From a candidate division WOR-3 bacterium (GTDB taxonomy: Bacteria; Hydrothermota; Tepidihabitantia; Tepidihabitantales; Tepidihabitantaceae): a stretch of 64,000 nt of DNA. Positions 29,015 to 39,300 of the stretch are shown in pieces. How positions within the stretch are numbered: position 1 is the first letter of the stretch; each line of letters starts with the position of its first letter. The stretch is taken from the NCBI GenBank assembly GCA_965648905.1, contig CBFGIT010000009.1:1-64000 (forward strand). Direction: 5' to 3'. Position numbers and translations under genes: made by a program. The notes beneath the pieces were generated by a model that worked only from the letters and a program-made list of their open reading frames with translations, searched no databases and had not been told where the DNA came from.

Positions 29015-30763
29015 ATGACCCGACGTTCCCGCACCATGACGCCTCTGCCACCGGCCAAAGTCAGGCTGCTGGACACCGTGCTGCTGGCCGCGCTTGTCGC
29101 TGCGGTCTTCGGCATCTACCTTGCGGCCGAACTCTACCGTAACTTCACGCCCGGCTTTCCACTTGACGACCCGTGGATCCACCTGACCTTTGCCCGCAAT
29201 ATTGCCCAAGGCCGAGGTTTCTCGTTCAACCCCGGTGAACCGGTTGCCGGCTCGACCGCACCGCTCTGGACCCTGCTTCTGGCGCTGGCCCATGTCTTCC
29301 TGAGGAATGCAGCCGCGATGGTCATCGCGGCAAAGGTCCTCGGTGCGGTCTTCCTTGTTCTGGCAAGCGTCTATGGGTTCCGCCTCGGAACGCTGCTCAC
29401 CGGCAACCGGCGAGCTGGACTCGCCTCCGGCATCGCGGTCGCCACGCTCGGGCCGATGGGCTGGGCAATGATGTCCGGCATGGAAGTGACTCTATCCGCA
29501 ACCCTGACTCTGGCTGGCATCTACCACTACCTGAGCCGGCCGCGCGGGCCGGGCTGGTTTGTCGCCTGGGTGTTTTTCGGTCTGGCTGCGCTGGCCCGGC
29601 CTGAAACACTGGTCCTGCCCGGGTTCGTTGCTATCGACGCCCTGCTGCGCCGATATTGGCTCAAGGAAAAAGTCCTGTTCTGGCGCGGTGTTGCGGTCTG
29701 GCTGGCAGTGCTTGTTCCCTACTTCGTGTTCAACCTCGTCCTTTCTGGCTCGCCTTTTCCCCAGACTTTTGCTGCCAAAGCCGGCCCGACAAGCATCCTT
29801 GCCGTGTTCGCTCAGGGCGACCTCAGCCTGCTCCGACGACTGCTCACTTCCGCACTGCCACTCTACGTCGGTGAGTATGCCGCGTTCCTCTGGCGTGTCA
29901 ACCCGGTGCTGGCCCTGCTCGTCCCGGTCGGTCTCATCGGTCTCGTGCACCAAACGCTCCGAGCCAATCAAGCACTCGGTTTCTTGGTGCCGCTGTTCGG
30001 GCTCGGGTTTGTGCCGGTCATGGGACTAACTGCTCCGGTATTCGGGCCGGCATTCCAAAGCGGCCGCTACGTCGGCAACATCACGGTCCTGCTTGCGGTG
30101 GTCGCAGTTGCTGGTGTCTACCTGCTCAGCCGAACGTTGCGCACGCGGACACTCAAGCTGGGCGTGATTGGGGTCTTGTCGGTACTGGCGCTGTTCAACA
30201 CGGTGACGGTCGGGCTGGCAACAGCCCGCAACACCGCGCAGGCCGCGAAGTCAATCAACCAGATGCAGGTGCAGCTCGGGCTCTGGTTGCGCGATAACAC
30301 GCCTGCAGGCGCAACTCTGGGATGCAACGACATCGGAGCAATCGGCTACCTGTCCGGTCGCAAGGTCATTGACCTCTCCGGTCTCGTGACCAAGGAGATA
30401 CTTGCGTACCGCAAAGTCGAGAACGGCCGCGAGCAGTTCATCATGGACGTCCGGCCCGACTACCTGGTCATCTTCCCGGTCTCATTCCCGGGCTTCAGGA
30501 ACGCCGACTTCCTCGAACCTCTCACCTACGCTGACCCTGAGGACAACACTGCCAGCCTCTACGACCTGCCGGTTCAGGTGAAAGCTCTGGCCGCCATACT
30601 GATACTGGACCTTGTGGTTGAACCGGCCCGCGCCCCGCTCGTCGTGTTCCGATGTCACTGGGCTGGGACCGCCAACCAGCTTCCGGCGGGTCTGGCATCC
30701 CATTTCCTTTCGGGAAATGGGTGCCTGTACCTTGGTCGAGCCGAAGACGGTAGTTCTCCCTAA
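29015..30763 (+). CDS. GT-C-like polytopic membrane protein
   Basis: LDDPWIHLTFARNIAQGRGFSFNPGEPVAGSTAPLW, SGMEV, ARPE, DIGAIGY..DLSGLV; paralog of 25807-27408; ATG 10 nt after TTGACT-16bp-GATAAT. Confidence 0.8.
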   Translation: MTRRSRTMTPLPPAKVRLLDTVLLAALVAAVFGIYLAAELYRNFTPGFPLDDPWIHLTFARNIAQGRGFSFNPGEPVAGSTAPLWTLLLALAHVFLRNAAAMVIAAKVLGAVFLVLASVYGFRLGTLLTGNRRAGLASGIAVATLGPMGWAMMSGMEVTLSATLTLAGIYHYLSRPRGPGWFVAWVFFGLAALARPETLVLPGFVAIDALLRRYWLKEKVLFWRGVAVWLAVLVPYFVFNLVLSGSPFPQTFAAKAGPTSILAVFAQGDLSLLRRLLTSALPLYVGEYAAFLWRVNPVLALLVPVGLIGLVHQTLRANQALGFLVPLFGLGFVPVMGLTAPVFGPAFQSGRYVGNITVLLAVVAVAGVYLLSRTLRTRTLKLGVIGVLSVLALFNTVTVGLATARNTAQAAKSINQMQVQLGLWLRDNTPAGATLGCNDIGAIGYLSGRKVIDLSGLVTKEILAYRKVENGREQFIMDVRPDYLVIFPVSFPGFRNADFLEPLTYADPEDNTASLYDLPVQVKALAAILILDLVVEPARAPLVVFRCHWAGTANQLPAGLASHFLSGNGCLYLGRAEDGSSP

Positions 30764-30869
30764 GCCGGCCAGGATACCAGGGCTTCCGACACGGGCGCTG
30801 CCTGCAATGCTGCTCACCGCGGCATCGGCAGCAGGCTGTCAATGGGCCAGTCGTTACGACGGGCACGGA
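30760..30869 (+). pseudogene. Decayed N-terminal relic of a secreted beta-propeller (SBBP-like) gene
   Basis: Reads TRALPAMLLTAASAAGCQWASRYDGHG, close to 32298-32378; SD and ATG degraded (CTAAGCCGGCCAGGATA vs CTAAGGAGGCCAAGATG). Confidence 0.65.
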
Positions 30870-30923
30870 GAAAGTGCTAGACTTGCGGGAGATTAGGACT
30901 AGCATTGTAGTGAGGTCTTGGTC

Positions 30924-32228
30924 ATGAACCCGCAATTCGGCGCGGTCGTTCTTGCTTGCGCCCTGTTCCTGGCGGGCGCGGGCTCAAGTAGCGCGCAATT
31001 CCTGGAGGCAGTTGTCCCTACGGGCGACACGCCGGGCGAGATTGTCTGGAGCCCGACGGTCAATAAGGTCTACTGCACCAACGAGCAGGATGCGAGCATC
31101 ACGGTCATCAGCGGCGAGTCGAATCAGGTCGTGGCCACGATTCCGGTCTTTGACTACCCCATTTTCCTCTGCCTCAACGGTGACGGTACCAAGCTCTACT
31201 GCACGGGCGGCGAGAACGACGACCAGTTGGCGGTCATTGACGCAGTCGCCGACACTGTCATCAAGACCGTGACCATCCCCAACCGCCCCGGCCACATGGT
31301 CTACAACGAGCAGATGGACAAGTTGTACATCTCCTGCAACGACGACCCGGTCTATCGCATCGCCGTTCTCGATGCCCTGGCTGACACCCTGTTGCGCTAC
31401 ATTGCCGTGCGCGGCGTCGGGCGGTTGCTCTGGCACGCAGTTTCTAACAGGGTATTCTGCTACACCGAGTGGGACGCTGATACTGCGAAGGTCATAGACT
31501 GCGTCGGAGACTCAGTTGTTGAGCGCGTCCCAGTGGACGGAGGTGGGTACGCTCTGGGTGTCTGGTGCAGCGACCCGGCCAACAGCCTGGTGTATCTCGC
31601 CACGCGACCCGGGTTGTGCGTCTTCTCCTCGCTTGGGGATTCGCTGCTCGTGACGGTGCCAGTGTACGGACGAGACTTGGCGTTCGCGCCCGTTCCCGGC
31701 AAAGTGTACGCCGTCTCAGGAGCGACCTACGCCGTAGACGGCAGCACAAATACCGTGATTGACACCATCCCGGTCTCAGGCAGCCGATTGGCGTACGACC
31801 CAGCGCACTGGAAGCTCCACTGCATGCACACCAACGGAAGGCAACTCCACATCATTGATGCACGGGCCGATACGCTCATCAAGACGATTCCGCTGGGGCA
31901 CTCGCCCAGGGCGCTGTGCCACAATGCAACGAACAGCCGCATCTACATCACCGACCAGTCGGATAACGTGGTGTTCGTCGTGAGAGACACCACGACTGGA
32001 ATTTCCGAGGCGGACCCGGCTGTCTCGGCGCGGCTTCGACGCTCCTCGGTCGTCAGCCGGGCGTTGTGCTGGACGGAACGAACGCCTGGGACGCTGATGG
32101 ACCTGACTGGGCGTATCGTACTCGCGCTTAATCCGGGAGGAAACGACCTGTCTCGCCTCGCGCCGGGTGTCTACATGACAAGAGCGCCAGGCAGCGGGGA
32201 AGTGGGGAGGGTCGTCAAAGTCGAATAG
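30924..32228 (+). CDS. YncE/YVTN-type beta-propeller secreted protein with CTD (paralog 1)
   Basis: Signal peptide; NKVYC.N..DASITVI, VIDA.ADTVIKT repeats; CTD DLTGR..LNPGGNDLSRLAPGVY. Confidence 0.85.
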   Translation: MNPQFGAVVLACALFLAGAGSSSAQFLEAVVPTGDTPGEIVWSPTVNKVYCTNEQDASITVISGESNQVVATIPVFDYPIFLCLNGDGTKLYCTGGENDDQLAVIDAVADTVIKTVTIPNRPGHMVYNEQMDKLYISCNDDPVYRIAVLDALADTLLRYIAVRGVGRLLWHAVSNRVFCYTEWDADTAKVIDCVGDSVVERVPVDGGGYALGVWCSDPANSLVYLATRPGLCVFSSLGDSLLVTVPVYGRDLAFAPVPGKVYAVSGATYAVDGSTNTVIDTIPVSGSRLAYDPAHWKLHCMHTNGRQLHIIDARADTLIKTIPLGHSPRALCHNATNSRIYITDQSDNVVFVVRDTTTGISEADPAVSARLRRSSVVSRALCWTERTPGTLMDLTGRIVLALNPGGNDLSRLAPGVYMTRAPGSGEVGRVVKVE

Positions 32229-32282
32229 CGCGGCGGTCCGATAGCTCGGTCTGCCGCAGAACTTGGCACTAAGGAGGCCAAG

Positions 32283-32534
32283 ATGGATAGGGTTATCACA
32301 AGAGCACTGCTCGTGATGCTGCTGGTCGCGGCGTCCGCAGCAGGCTACCAGTGGGCCAGTCGCTACGACGGGCACGGGCACGGGCCGGACACAACAGTCG
32401 GTCTCGTTCTCAAGAACGGTCTGCTCCACGCGGCGGGCACGAGCGTCAACTCCGACCACTCGCGGGGCTTCCAGGTCCTGAAGCTCGGCCCCGCGGCCGA
32501 GGGACACGAAGCGTCAGCCGCCAATCGGGCGTAA
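32283..32534 (+). pseudogene. Truncated SBBP-like secreted protein (83 aa)
   Basis: AAGGAGG SD, signal peptide, one W..RYDG...D...GTS...F.VLK unit resembling the N-terminal repeats of 35323, then a stop. Confidence 0.6.
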
Positions 32535-32618
32535 CTTGCCGAAGCTCAAAGGGTTAAGTGACATCAAGGCCGAGCTTGACACGGGGTGAGTTCTGACCAC
32601 GATGTTATTGAGGACAAC

Positions 32619-33957
32619 GTGAAGAACTGCCTCCTCCGTGCAGCGCTGCTCGCCGGTGCTCTGGCGGGCGCGGGGCCAAGTAGTGCGCAGTTTTTGGAGG
32701 CAGTCCTACCGTGCGGCGACTCGCCGATAGACATCGTCTGGAGTCCGGGCGTGAACAAGATATTCTGCGCCAACTCCCAGGACGCGAGTATTACGGTCAT
32801 AGACGGCGACTCGAACTTCGTTCGCAGCACCATTTTCGTCGGCGATTACCCGTCCTTCCTATGTCTCAACGGAGATGGAACGAAGCTCTACTGCGCGCGT
32901 GGCGAGGAAAACACGCTCACGGTAATAGATGCTGTCGCAGAGACTGTTCTAAAGCAGGTTAGCATCCCCAACTATCCGGGACCGATGTGCTTCAACACGA
33001 CGATGAACAAGCTGTACGTCGCATGTAACGACGACCCGGTCTATCGCATCGCGGTGCTCGACGCCAGTGCGGACACGGTGCTGCGCTACATACCCGTGCG
33101 AGGAGTGGGCCGGCTGCTCTGGCATCCTGCGACGAACCGGGTCTTCACGTGTGGGGCAGACACCATCAGGGTGATAGACTGCGTCACGGACCAGATTATT
33201 GTGAGGATGCGGGGGGGGGACGACTTGGTGCTACAATCCGGTGAACGGACTGGCCTACCTGGCTGCGAGATATGACGTCTATGTTCTGTCGCCAACCGGA
33301 GACTCGGTTGTTGCCATGATAGCTGGTTGGGCCGGCGACATGACCGCGGTCCCCTTTCCGAACAAGCTCTACCTGTCCGGTGTGCCTGGCACGACCATTG
33401 TGGACTGCGGTCGTCACGTGGTGGTTGACACGCTACCGCTAATCTGGGGCACATTGCTCTGCGACACCGCCGGAGCAAAGGTGTATTGCGTGGACATCAG
33501 CCCGGGGGTCGCGCACGTCATCGACGCGCGCGCCGATACCCTCGGGAAGACGATCGCCTTGGGCAGGTCACCCGAGGCCATGTGCATCAACTACTCCCGT
33601 AATCGGGTGTACGTTGCCGATTTCATGGACAACACGGTGTCGGTCATCAGGGACACGAGCACCGGCATAGCTGAGGTACGTTCGGTAATGCCGGAGCGCT
33701 CCGAGCTGCTTGAGGCGCGACCCAATCCATTCAGATACGCTACTATTGTCCGCAGCCTGCAACGAGCAAGCGCCGACGCGCCCCTGCGCATCTACGCGCA
33801 GACCGGTGCGCTCGTGCGCACGCTCGCAGGCCGCGGTGCCTGGCATTGGGACGGCCGAGACGACCACGGCCGTCCGGTCCCGGCCGGGGTGTACGTGCTT
33901 CGTTGCCCAGGGAAGGCCGGGGCCACACTGGTCGTAAAGACCGAACGAGGCTATTGA
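32619..33957 (+). pseudogene. YncE-type beta-propeller with FlgD-type CTD (paralog 2), frameshifted at a G9 tract
   Basis: ORFs 32586-33275 and 33241-33957 are the two halves of the paralog; the frame changes at G9 33211-33219, after which TTWCYNPVN matches TKWCYNPAN of paralog 3. Confidence 0.85.
33211..33219 (+). repeat. G9 homopolymer at the frameshift site
   Basis: ATGC GGGGGGGGG ACGACT; G8 or G11 would restore the frame. Confidence 0.9.
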
Positions 33958-34002
33958 CTTGAGTCCGGTCTGGACTGGCCTTGTAGCAGCAAGGACAGCG
34001 CC

Positions 34003-35274
34003 GTGAAGCTACGTTTCAGCGCAGTCGTTCTCGCCTGCGGCCTGATGTGGATGGGCGCAGGTCAGGCTCAGTATCTTGAGGCTATCGTGCCTTGCGGGGT
34101 CTCGCCGCTAGAGGTCATCTGGGTCCCGACGGTGAACAAGGTGTACGTCGCCAACTCGCAAGACGCGAGCATTACCGTCATCTCAGGTTCCAGCAATGAG
34201 GTCATCGCCACGATACCGGTGGCCGACTATACTGGCGGGTTCGCGTGGAATCCCAACGGCAACAAGCTCTACGCCATGTCGGGCGAGGGCGGGCTGCTTC
34301 AGGTTATAGACTGCACCAGCGACCAGGTCATTCGCACCCTGCCCCTCATGGGCTACCCGGCAAACCCGGTCGTGAACATATCAATGAACAAGCTCTATGT
34401 CGCGAGCTTGGATGACCCGATCTACCGTATACTAGTGCTGGACGCTGATCCCGACACCGTGCTGCGTACTATCGCAGTGCTGGGAGTCGGCCCGCTCCTG
34501 TGGAACCCAGCGACGAATCGTGTATTCTCGAGTGGCGCTGATTCGATAAGAGTCATCGACTGCGCAACCGACGTGATATCATCGCGCCTCCCGGGCGGCG
34601 GAACCAAGTGGTGCTACAACCCCGCGAACGACTTGGTCTATTTGGCCGGAGCTCACTCAGTCGCTGCGATATCACCCGATGGGGATTCAGTGATTGCCAC
34701 GATTCCCGGCTTCGCCAACTACATCGCAGCCATCCCCTACCCCAACAAGCTCTACATCGGCGGTGCGGGAGGGGGGACGCGGGTCGTGGACTGCGGCGGA
34801 TCGCACGTCGTCACCGATACGATTCACGGGATAGCCGGTCCGATGCTCTGCGAGACGGTGCGGGGTAGGGTGTACTTCGCGGGTTCGGCCGCCTCGGTAG
34901 TAGACGCGCGGGCCGACACGCTCATTAAGACGATTCCGCTGGGCCGGTCGCCCGAGGTCCCGTGCTGGAATCGGACCAACAGCCGAGTCTATATCCCCGA
35001 TTTCATGGATAACGTTGTCTACGTCATCCGAGACACGAGTACCGCCGTTGGCGAGCCCCCCGGCGACGCGGCGCTGAGCCGATGGCCGGGGGCGACGGTG
35101 ACTCGATGCGCGTTCTTCTGGCCTCGACACGAGAGGGGAGCATTGCTGGATATGTGCGGCCGCGTGGTCGCACGACTAAGACCGGGGCACAACGACCTTC
35201 GTGCTCTGGCACCCGGCGTCTACGCAGCGGTAGTAGATGGCAGGTCCAGAATGAAGGTGGTCAAGACAAAGTAG
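34003..35274 (+). CDS. YncE-type beta-propeller secreted protein with CTD (paralog 3)
   Basis: Same repeats as paralogs 1 and 2; CTD DMCGR..LRPGHNDLRALAPGVY. Confidence 0.85.
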   Translation: MKLRFSAVVLACGLMWMGAGQAQYLEAIVPCGVSPLEVIWVPTVNKVYVANSQDASITVISGSSNEVIATIPVADYTGGFAWNPNGNKLYAMSGEGGLLQVIDCTSDQVIRTLPLMGYPANPVVNISMNKLYVASLDDPIYRILVLDADPDTVLRTIAVLGVGPLLWNPATNRVFSSGADSIRVIDCATDVISSRLPGGGTKWCYNPANDLVYLAGAHSVAAISPDGDSVIATIPGFANYIAAIPYPNKLYIGGAGGGTRVVDCGGSHVVTDTIHGIAGPMLCETVRGRVYFAGSAASVVDARADTLIKTIPLGRSPEVPCWNRTNSRVYIPDFMDNVVYVIRDTSTAVGEPPGDAALSRWPGATVTRCAFFWPRHERGALLDMCGRVVARLRPGHNDLRALAPGVYAAVVDGRSRMKVVKTK

Positions 35275-35322
35275 CACAGAACTGCCTGCCACCGGAGGGC
35301 GGCGGGCAACAAGGAGGCTGAT

Positions 35323-38300
35323 ATGGGCAGAGCAGTTACACTGCTGATGCTCGCCGTCGCGCTGGCGACGGCAACAGGCTGGGTGAAGACGTACAATGGC
35401 GGCTATGGCGCAGACCTGGCCAACGCCATTGTGCTCACTCCAGCCGGGGTTCCCTACGTCACCGGTTCCATCACCGGCAGCGATTGGTCCGACGACCTGG
35501 TCACGGTTCGGTACAACCCGACCACGGGCGAATCGACCCTGGCCATCTGGTACTACCGGTCCGGGTTCAGCGAATTCGCCGACGAAGGCAAGGCCGTTGC
35601 AGTCGGCACCGGGGATACCGTCTTCGTCACAGGCCTCTCGACGGACAGTATCATCGAGGGCGACACGGAAGACGCAGACACATTCTACTTCGCAGGTGTC
35701 ACGACCCTGAAGTACAACAGCAACCTTAACCTGCAGGCATCTGATCGTATCGTCCCGTACAGCGACGAAGATGAAGAGCCGTCGCCCTCTGGCCGGGCGG
35801 TCGCGACTCGCGGCAACCGCGCCTACGTGGCAGCCGAGGGGTACTGGAGCTACAACCGGGCCGAGGACGTGCTTGCAGTGCGCTATGGCCCTTCCGGCCG
35901 GGATACTGCGTGGTGCAACGGCGCCGTGGGCGGCAGCGATGCCGGCAACGCCGTCGCCGTCGACGCGGACGGCAACTGCTTCATCGCCGGCAGCGTCCGC
36001 ATGGTCGCGGCCCACGGGCTGGACTTCATCGTCCTGAAGTACAAGTATGACTCGACGTTCGACCGCGAGTGGGTCGCCTACTACAATTGGGCCGACAGCG
36101 CAGACGAAGCTCGGGCGCTCGCGCTCGGAGCCGGCGGCCGAGTGTTCGCGACCGGTCCCAGCAAAGGCCTGGGCACGGGCTACGACTATGCGACCGTCTG
36201 CTTCACCAGCGACGGCGTACAGAGCTGGGCCAGGCGCTATGCGACCGACAGCGCAGACGTGCCGGTAGCGATGGCCGTTAGCCCGCAGGGCTATCTGTAC
36301 GTCACTGGCACCAGCAAGTCGGCCAGCACCGGCAACGACTTTCTGACCATCCGCTACAACCCGGCGGACGGAAGCGAAGTCTGGGTGCGGCGGTTCGACG
36401 CAAACGGCGGCAGCGACGAGGCCGCAGCAATTGCCGTAGACTTCGAGGGCAGTGTCTACGTCGCCGGCTATGCCACCCGCTCGGGTACAGGACAGGACTT
36501 TTGCATCGTGAAGTACACACAGAGTGGAGCTCTCGACACCACCTGGTATTGGAACGATGCGTCCAACGGCACAGACGTGGCTACGAGTATCGCCGTAGAC
36601 TCGGCCCGGAACGTCTACGTGACCGGGTATGGCCAGGGAACGAACGGCTTTGACATCGTGACCATGCGCATCGAACAGCCGGTGTACACAGACGTTGGCA
36701 TTGAGGGGATTATCTCTCCTGGTGATACCGAAGACTATGGGGAACTCGTGGTTCCATCCGCGACTGTGTTCGCAGACGACTCCACCAATCTGGATGACTC
36801 AGTTTGGGTCGTCATGCGAATCGGGACTTTCTACTCCAGCACTCGGAGAGCGAAGCCGGCCGCGGGCCAATCGGTGACCGTGGTCTTTGACACTTGGCCG
36901 GTCCAACAGCCGGGCTACCACTATGCGGTCTGCTCGCTGGACTTCGACGATGACAACGAAGCCAACAACCGGGCCGAGAAGCTCGTGACAGTGCCGCCAG
37001 GCTGGAAAGAAGTCGCGCACATGCCCGCAGGGCCACAATCCCCGCCGAAGCTAATCAAGGCCGGCGGTTGGCTCACCTACAATGCTGGGGATAGCCTGCT
37101 CTACGGAGCAAAGGGCAACAAGACCAACGAATTCTATGCATACGTCCCCAATCTGAACAAGTGGAGCTCTGAAGACACCCTTGCCGCGCTGGAGACGATA
37201 CCGCACGGAGCCGAGGGCAAGCTGCCCTCGAAGGGAGCGGCCGCCTGCTCCGACGGCGACGGCCACATCTATGCGACCAAGGGCAACAACACGCAGGGTT
37301 TCTGGTGCTATCACGTCGCCGAGGATTCTTGGGAGCAACTCGAGAACGTCCCTCTGGGCACGAGCGGCAAGAAGGTCAAAGGCGGCACCGACGTGGCGTT
37401 TGTGTCCAGGGGCGACACCGATTTCGTCTACCTGCTCAAGGGGTACAAGAACGAGTTCTACCGCTACAACGTGCCGAACGACACATGGCAGACCCTGACG
37501 TCGGCACCGGCGGGCAGCCCCAAGTACGACAAGGGCTCGTGGCTGGTCTTTGACGGCGACAGCCTGCTCTACTGCCACCAGGCCAAATACCACGCGTACC
37601 ATCGCTACAACCTCAATTCTCAATCCTGGGGTTCGGCTCTGACCGGGATGCCCACCATCAACCGCTTCGGCAGGAAGAAGAAGTCCAAGGACGGTGGCAG
37701 CGCCGCCTGGCTCGGCAACTCCATCTACTCGCTGAAGGGCGGCAACACCCAGGAGTTCTGGAAGTACGTTCCGGCCTCCGATTCCTGGGCGGAACTCGAC
37801 ACGCTGCCGCAGTTCGGTTACTCGCAGCAGAAGAAGAGGGTGAAGGACGGTGGCGACATCACCACCGACGGCGCGGTGCTCTACGCCCTCAAGGGTAACA
37901 AGACGCTGGAACTCTGGCGGTACGTGCCGAGCGGTTCAGGCACGCCGCCGGGGACGGAGAACTCAACTCCGCCCGGCGAGTACGAACTCCAACTGGCCGA
38001 GTGCGAAAACGCAAGCTGGCCTTGCTTCAGCCAGGATGGGCTATGGGCTGCCTGGGTCGCCCCTGGGTCGAACGGCCACGACCAGCTCTTCCGCGTGCCG
38101 AGCGACGCAAGCAGCAGCGCCGAGGAGCTTACATCGTTCTCCGACGGCGATGCCACCGGCCCCATCGGCTACTCCAGCGACGACACCAAGATCGCCATCG
38201 TGTTCGAAGCGGACAACGGCGGGTCCAAGGTGATGACCGTGCCCAGCGGGGGCGGACAGCCGACGACTCTCGTTTCGGACAAGGGTGACATCGAAGACTT

Positions 38301-39252
38301 GGCCTGGTTCCCGGGAAACGCCCTCGTCTTCAGCCTCACTGACACCAGCGACTTCACCCAGCTCTGGAGCTACAACCTGACCACGAGCAGCCTGATGAGG
38401 TTGACGAGCAGTTGTTTCGACCACCACGAACCGCATCCGGTCACCGACACGCTCCTTGTGTTTCGGCTGGATTGCGAGCCGGCGCAGGTTGCCAAGCTGT
38501 ACGCTCGGCCCGACACCAATCCGCTTGGCGGAACCGGCAACTTCGCCTATGTCTGGTGCGAGACGTGCCTGACGCAGTCGGCATACGAGCACGCCGTGCC
38601 CTGTCCTACTTCGACCGGGTCGGTGCTCTACGAAGTGGAGACCGAAGGCTACACTGCGATTGGGCAGGTCAGCATCGACGGAACCGGCGAGCAGACCATT
38701 CTGTCTGACCCGAGCTACGACCTTGTGATGCCGACCGTTGAGCCGATGGGCGATACTGCGTTCTGCATCCGGCTCTCGGGCCAGGCCAGCGCGGTCTGCG
38801 TGTTCGAGCCGGGCGGCAGCGGGTATGAACTCCTGACCGACGACAAGGCTGAGCGGGAAACGCCAAGCGCCCGGGCTGAACCGAGCTATCCCAGCAGCGC
38901 GGTCTACATGCGGGAAGACGGCATCTACCGCACGCGCGGCCAGGGCGAGGGCGGAGCACAGGGCAGCGGCCTGGGCGTCTTTGCCCTGGACCGCATCGCG
39001 CCCAATCCTAGCCGGGGTCGAGTAGGCATTTCCTGGCAGGTCCCGAGACTGGCCCAGGTATCGCTCAAGCTCTTTGACCCCACCGGCAGACTGGTCAGGA
39101 CCTTGGAGAGCGGCGAGCGGAAGCCGGGTCGGTACGTCGCGGTCTGGGACGGGACTGATGCCAAGGGCCGCAGCGTGGCAACCGGACTCTACTTTGCACG
39201 GCTCCGTGCCGCAGGTCAGCAGTTGACAAGGAAGCTGGTACTGCAGCACTAG
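35323..39252 (+). CDS. Large secreted multi-propeller protein (SBBP-like repeats, CARDB-like, Kelch, TolB-like, FlgD CTD)
   Basis: AAGGAGG SD, signal peptide; AIAVD..GNVYVTG repeats; KGNKTNEFY Kelch repeats; PCFSQDG TolB-like segment; APNPSRG..WDGTDAKG..TGLYF CTD. Confidence 0.88.
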   Translation: MGRAVTLLMLAVALATATGWVKTYNGGYGADLANAIVLTPAGVPYVTGSITGSDWSDDLVTVRYNPTTGESTLAIWYYRSGFSEFADEGKAVAVGTGDTVFVTGLSTDSIIEGDTEDADTFYFAGVTTLKYNSNLNLQASDRIVPYSDEDEEPSPSGRAVATRGNRAYVAAEGYWSYNRAEDVLAVRYGPSGRDTAWCNGAVGGSDAGNAVAVDADGNCFIAGSVRMVAAHGLDFIVLKYKYDSTFDREWVAYYNWADSADEARALALGAGGRVFATGPSKGLGTGYDYATVCFTSDGVQSWARRYATDSADVPVAMAVSPQGYLYVTGTSKSASTGNDFLTIRYNPADGSEVWVRRFDANGGSDEAAAIAVDFEGSVYVAGYATRSGTGQDFCIVKYTQSGALDTTWYWNDASNGTDVATSIAVDSARNVYVTGYGQGTNGFDIVTMRIEQPVYTDVGIEGIISPGDTEDYGELVVPSATVFADDSTNLDDSVWVVMRIGTFYSSTRRAKPAAGQSVTVVFDTWPVQQPGYHYAVCSLDFDDDNEANNRAEKLVTVPPGWKEVAHMPAGPQSPPKLIKAGGWLTYNAGDSLLYGAKGNKTNEFYAYVPNLNKWSSEDTLAALETIPHGAEGKLPSKGAAACSDGDGHIYATKGNNTQGFWCYHVAEDSWEQLENVPLGTSGKKVKGGTDVAFVSRGDTDFVYLLKGYKNEFYRYNVPNDTWQTLTSAPAGSPKYDKGSWLVFDGDSLLYCHQAKYHAYHRYNLNSQSWGSALTGMPTINRFGRKKKSKDGGSAAWLGNSIYSLKGGNTQEFWKYVPASDSWAELDTLPQFGYSQQKKRVKDGGDITTDGAVLYALKGNKTLELWRYVPSGSGTPPGTENSTPPGEYELQLAECENASWPCFSQDGLWAAWVAPGSNGHDQLFRVPSDASSSAEELTSFSDGDATGPIGYSSDDTKIAIVFEADNGGSKVMTVPSGGGQPTTLVSDKGDIEDLAWFPGNALVFSLTDTSDFTQLWSYNLTTSSLMRLTSSCFDHHEPHPVTDTLLVFRLDCEPAQVAKLYARPDTNPLGGTGNFAYVWCETCLTQSAYEHAVPCPTSTGSVLYEVETEGYTAIGQVSIDGTGEQTILSDPSYDLVMPTVEPMGDTAFCIRLSGQASAVCVFEPGGSGYELLTDDKAERETPSARAEPSYPSSAVYMREDGIYRTRGQGEGGAQGSGLGVFALDRIAPNPSRGRVGISWQVPRLAQVSLKLFDPTGRLVRTLESGERKPGRYVAVWDGTDAKGRSVATGLYFARLRAAGQQLTRKLVLQH

Positions 39253-39300
39253 ACAGGGCCTGCCGGCTTGCCCCGGCTGAGGAAACGGGCTGCTGCTGGC

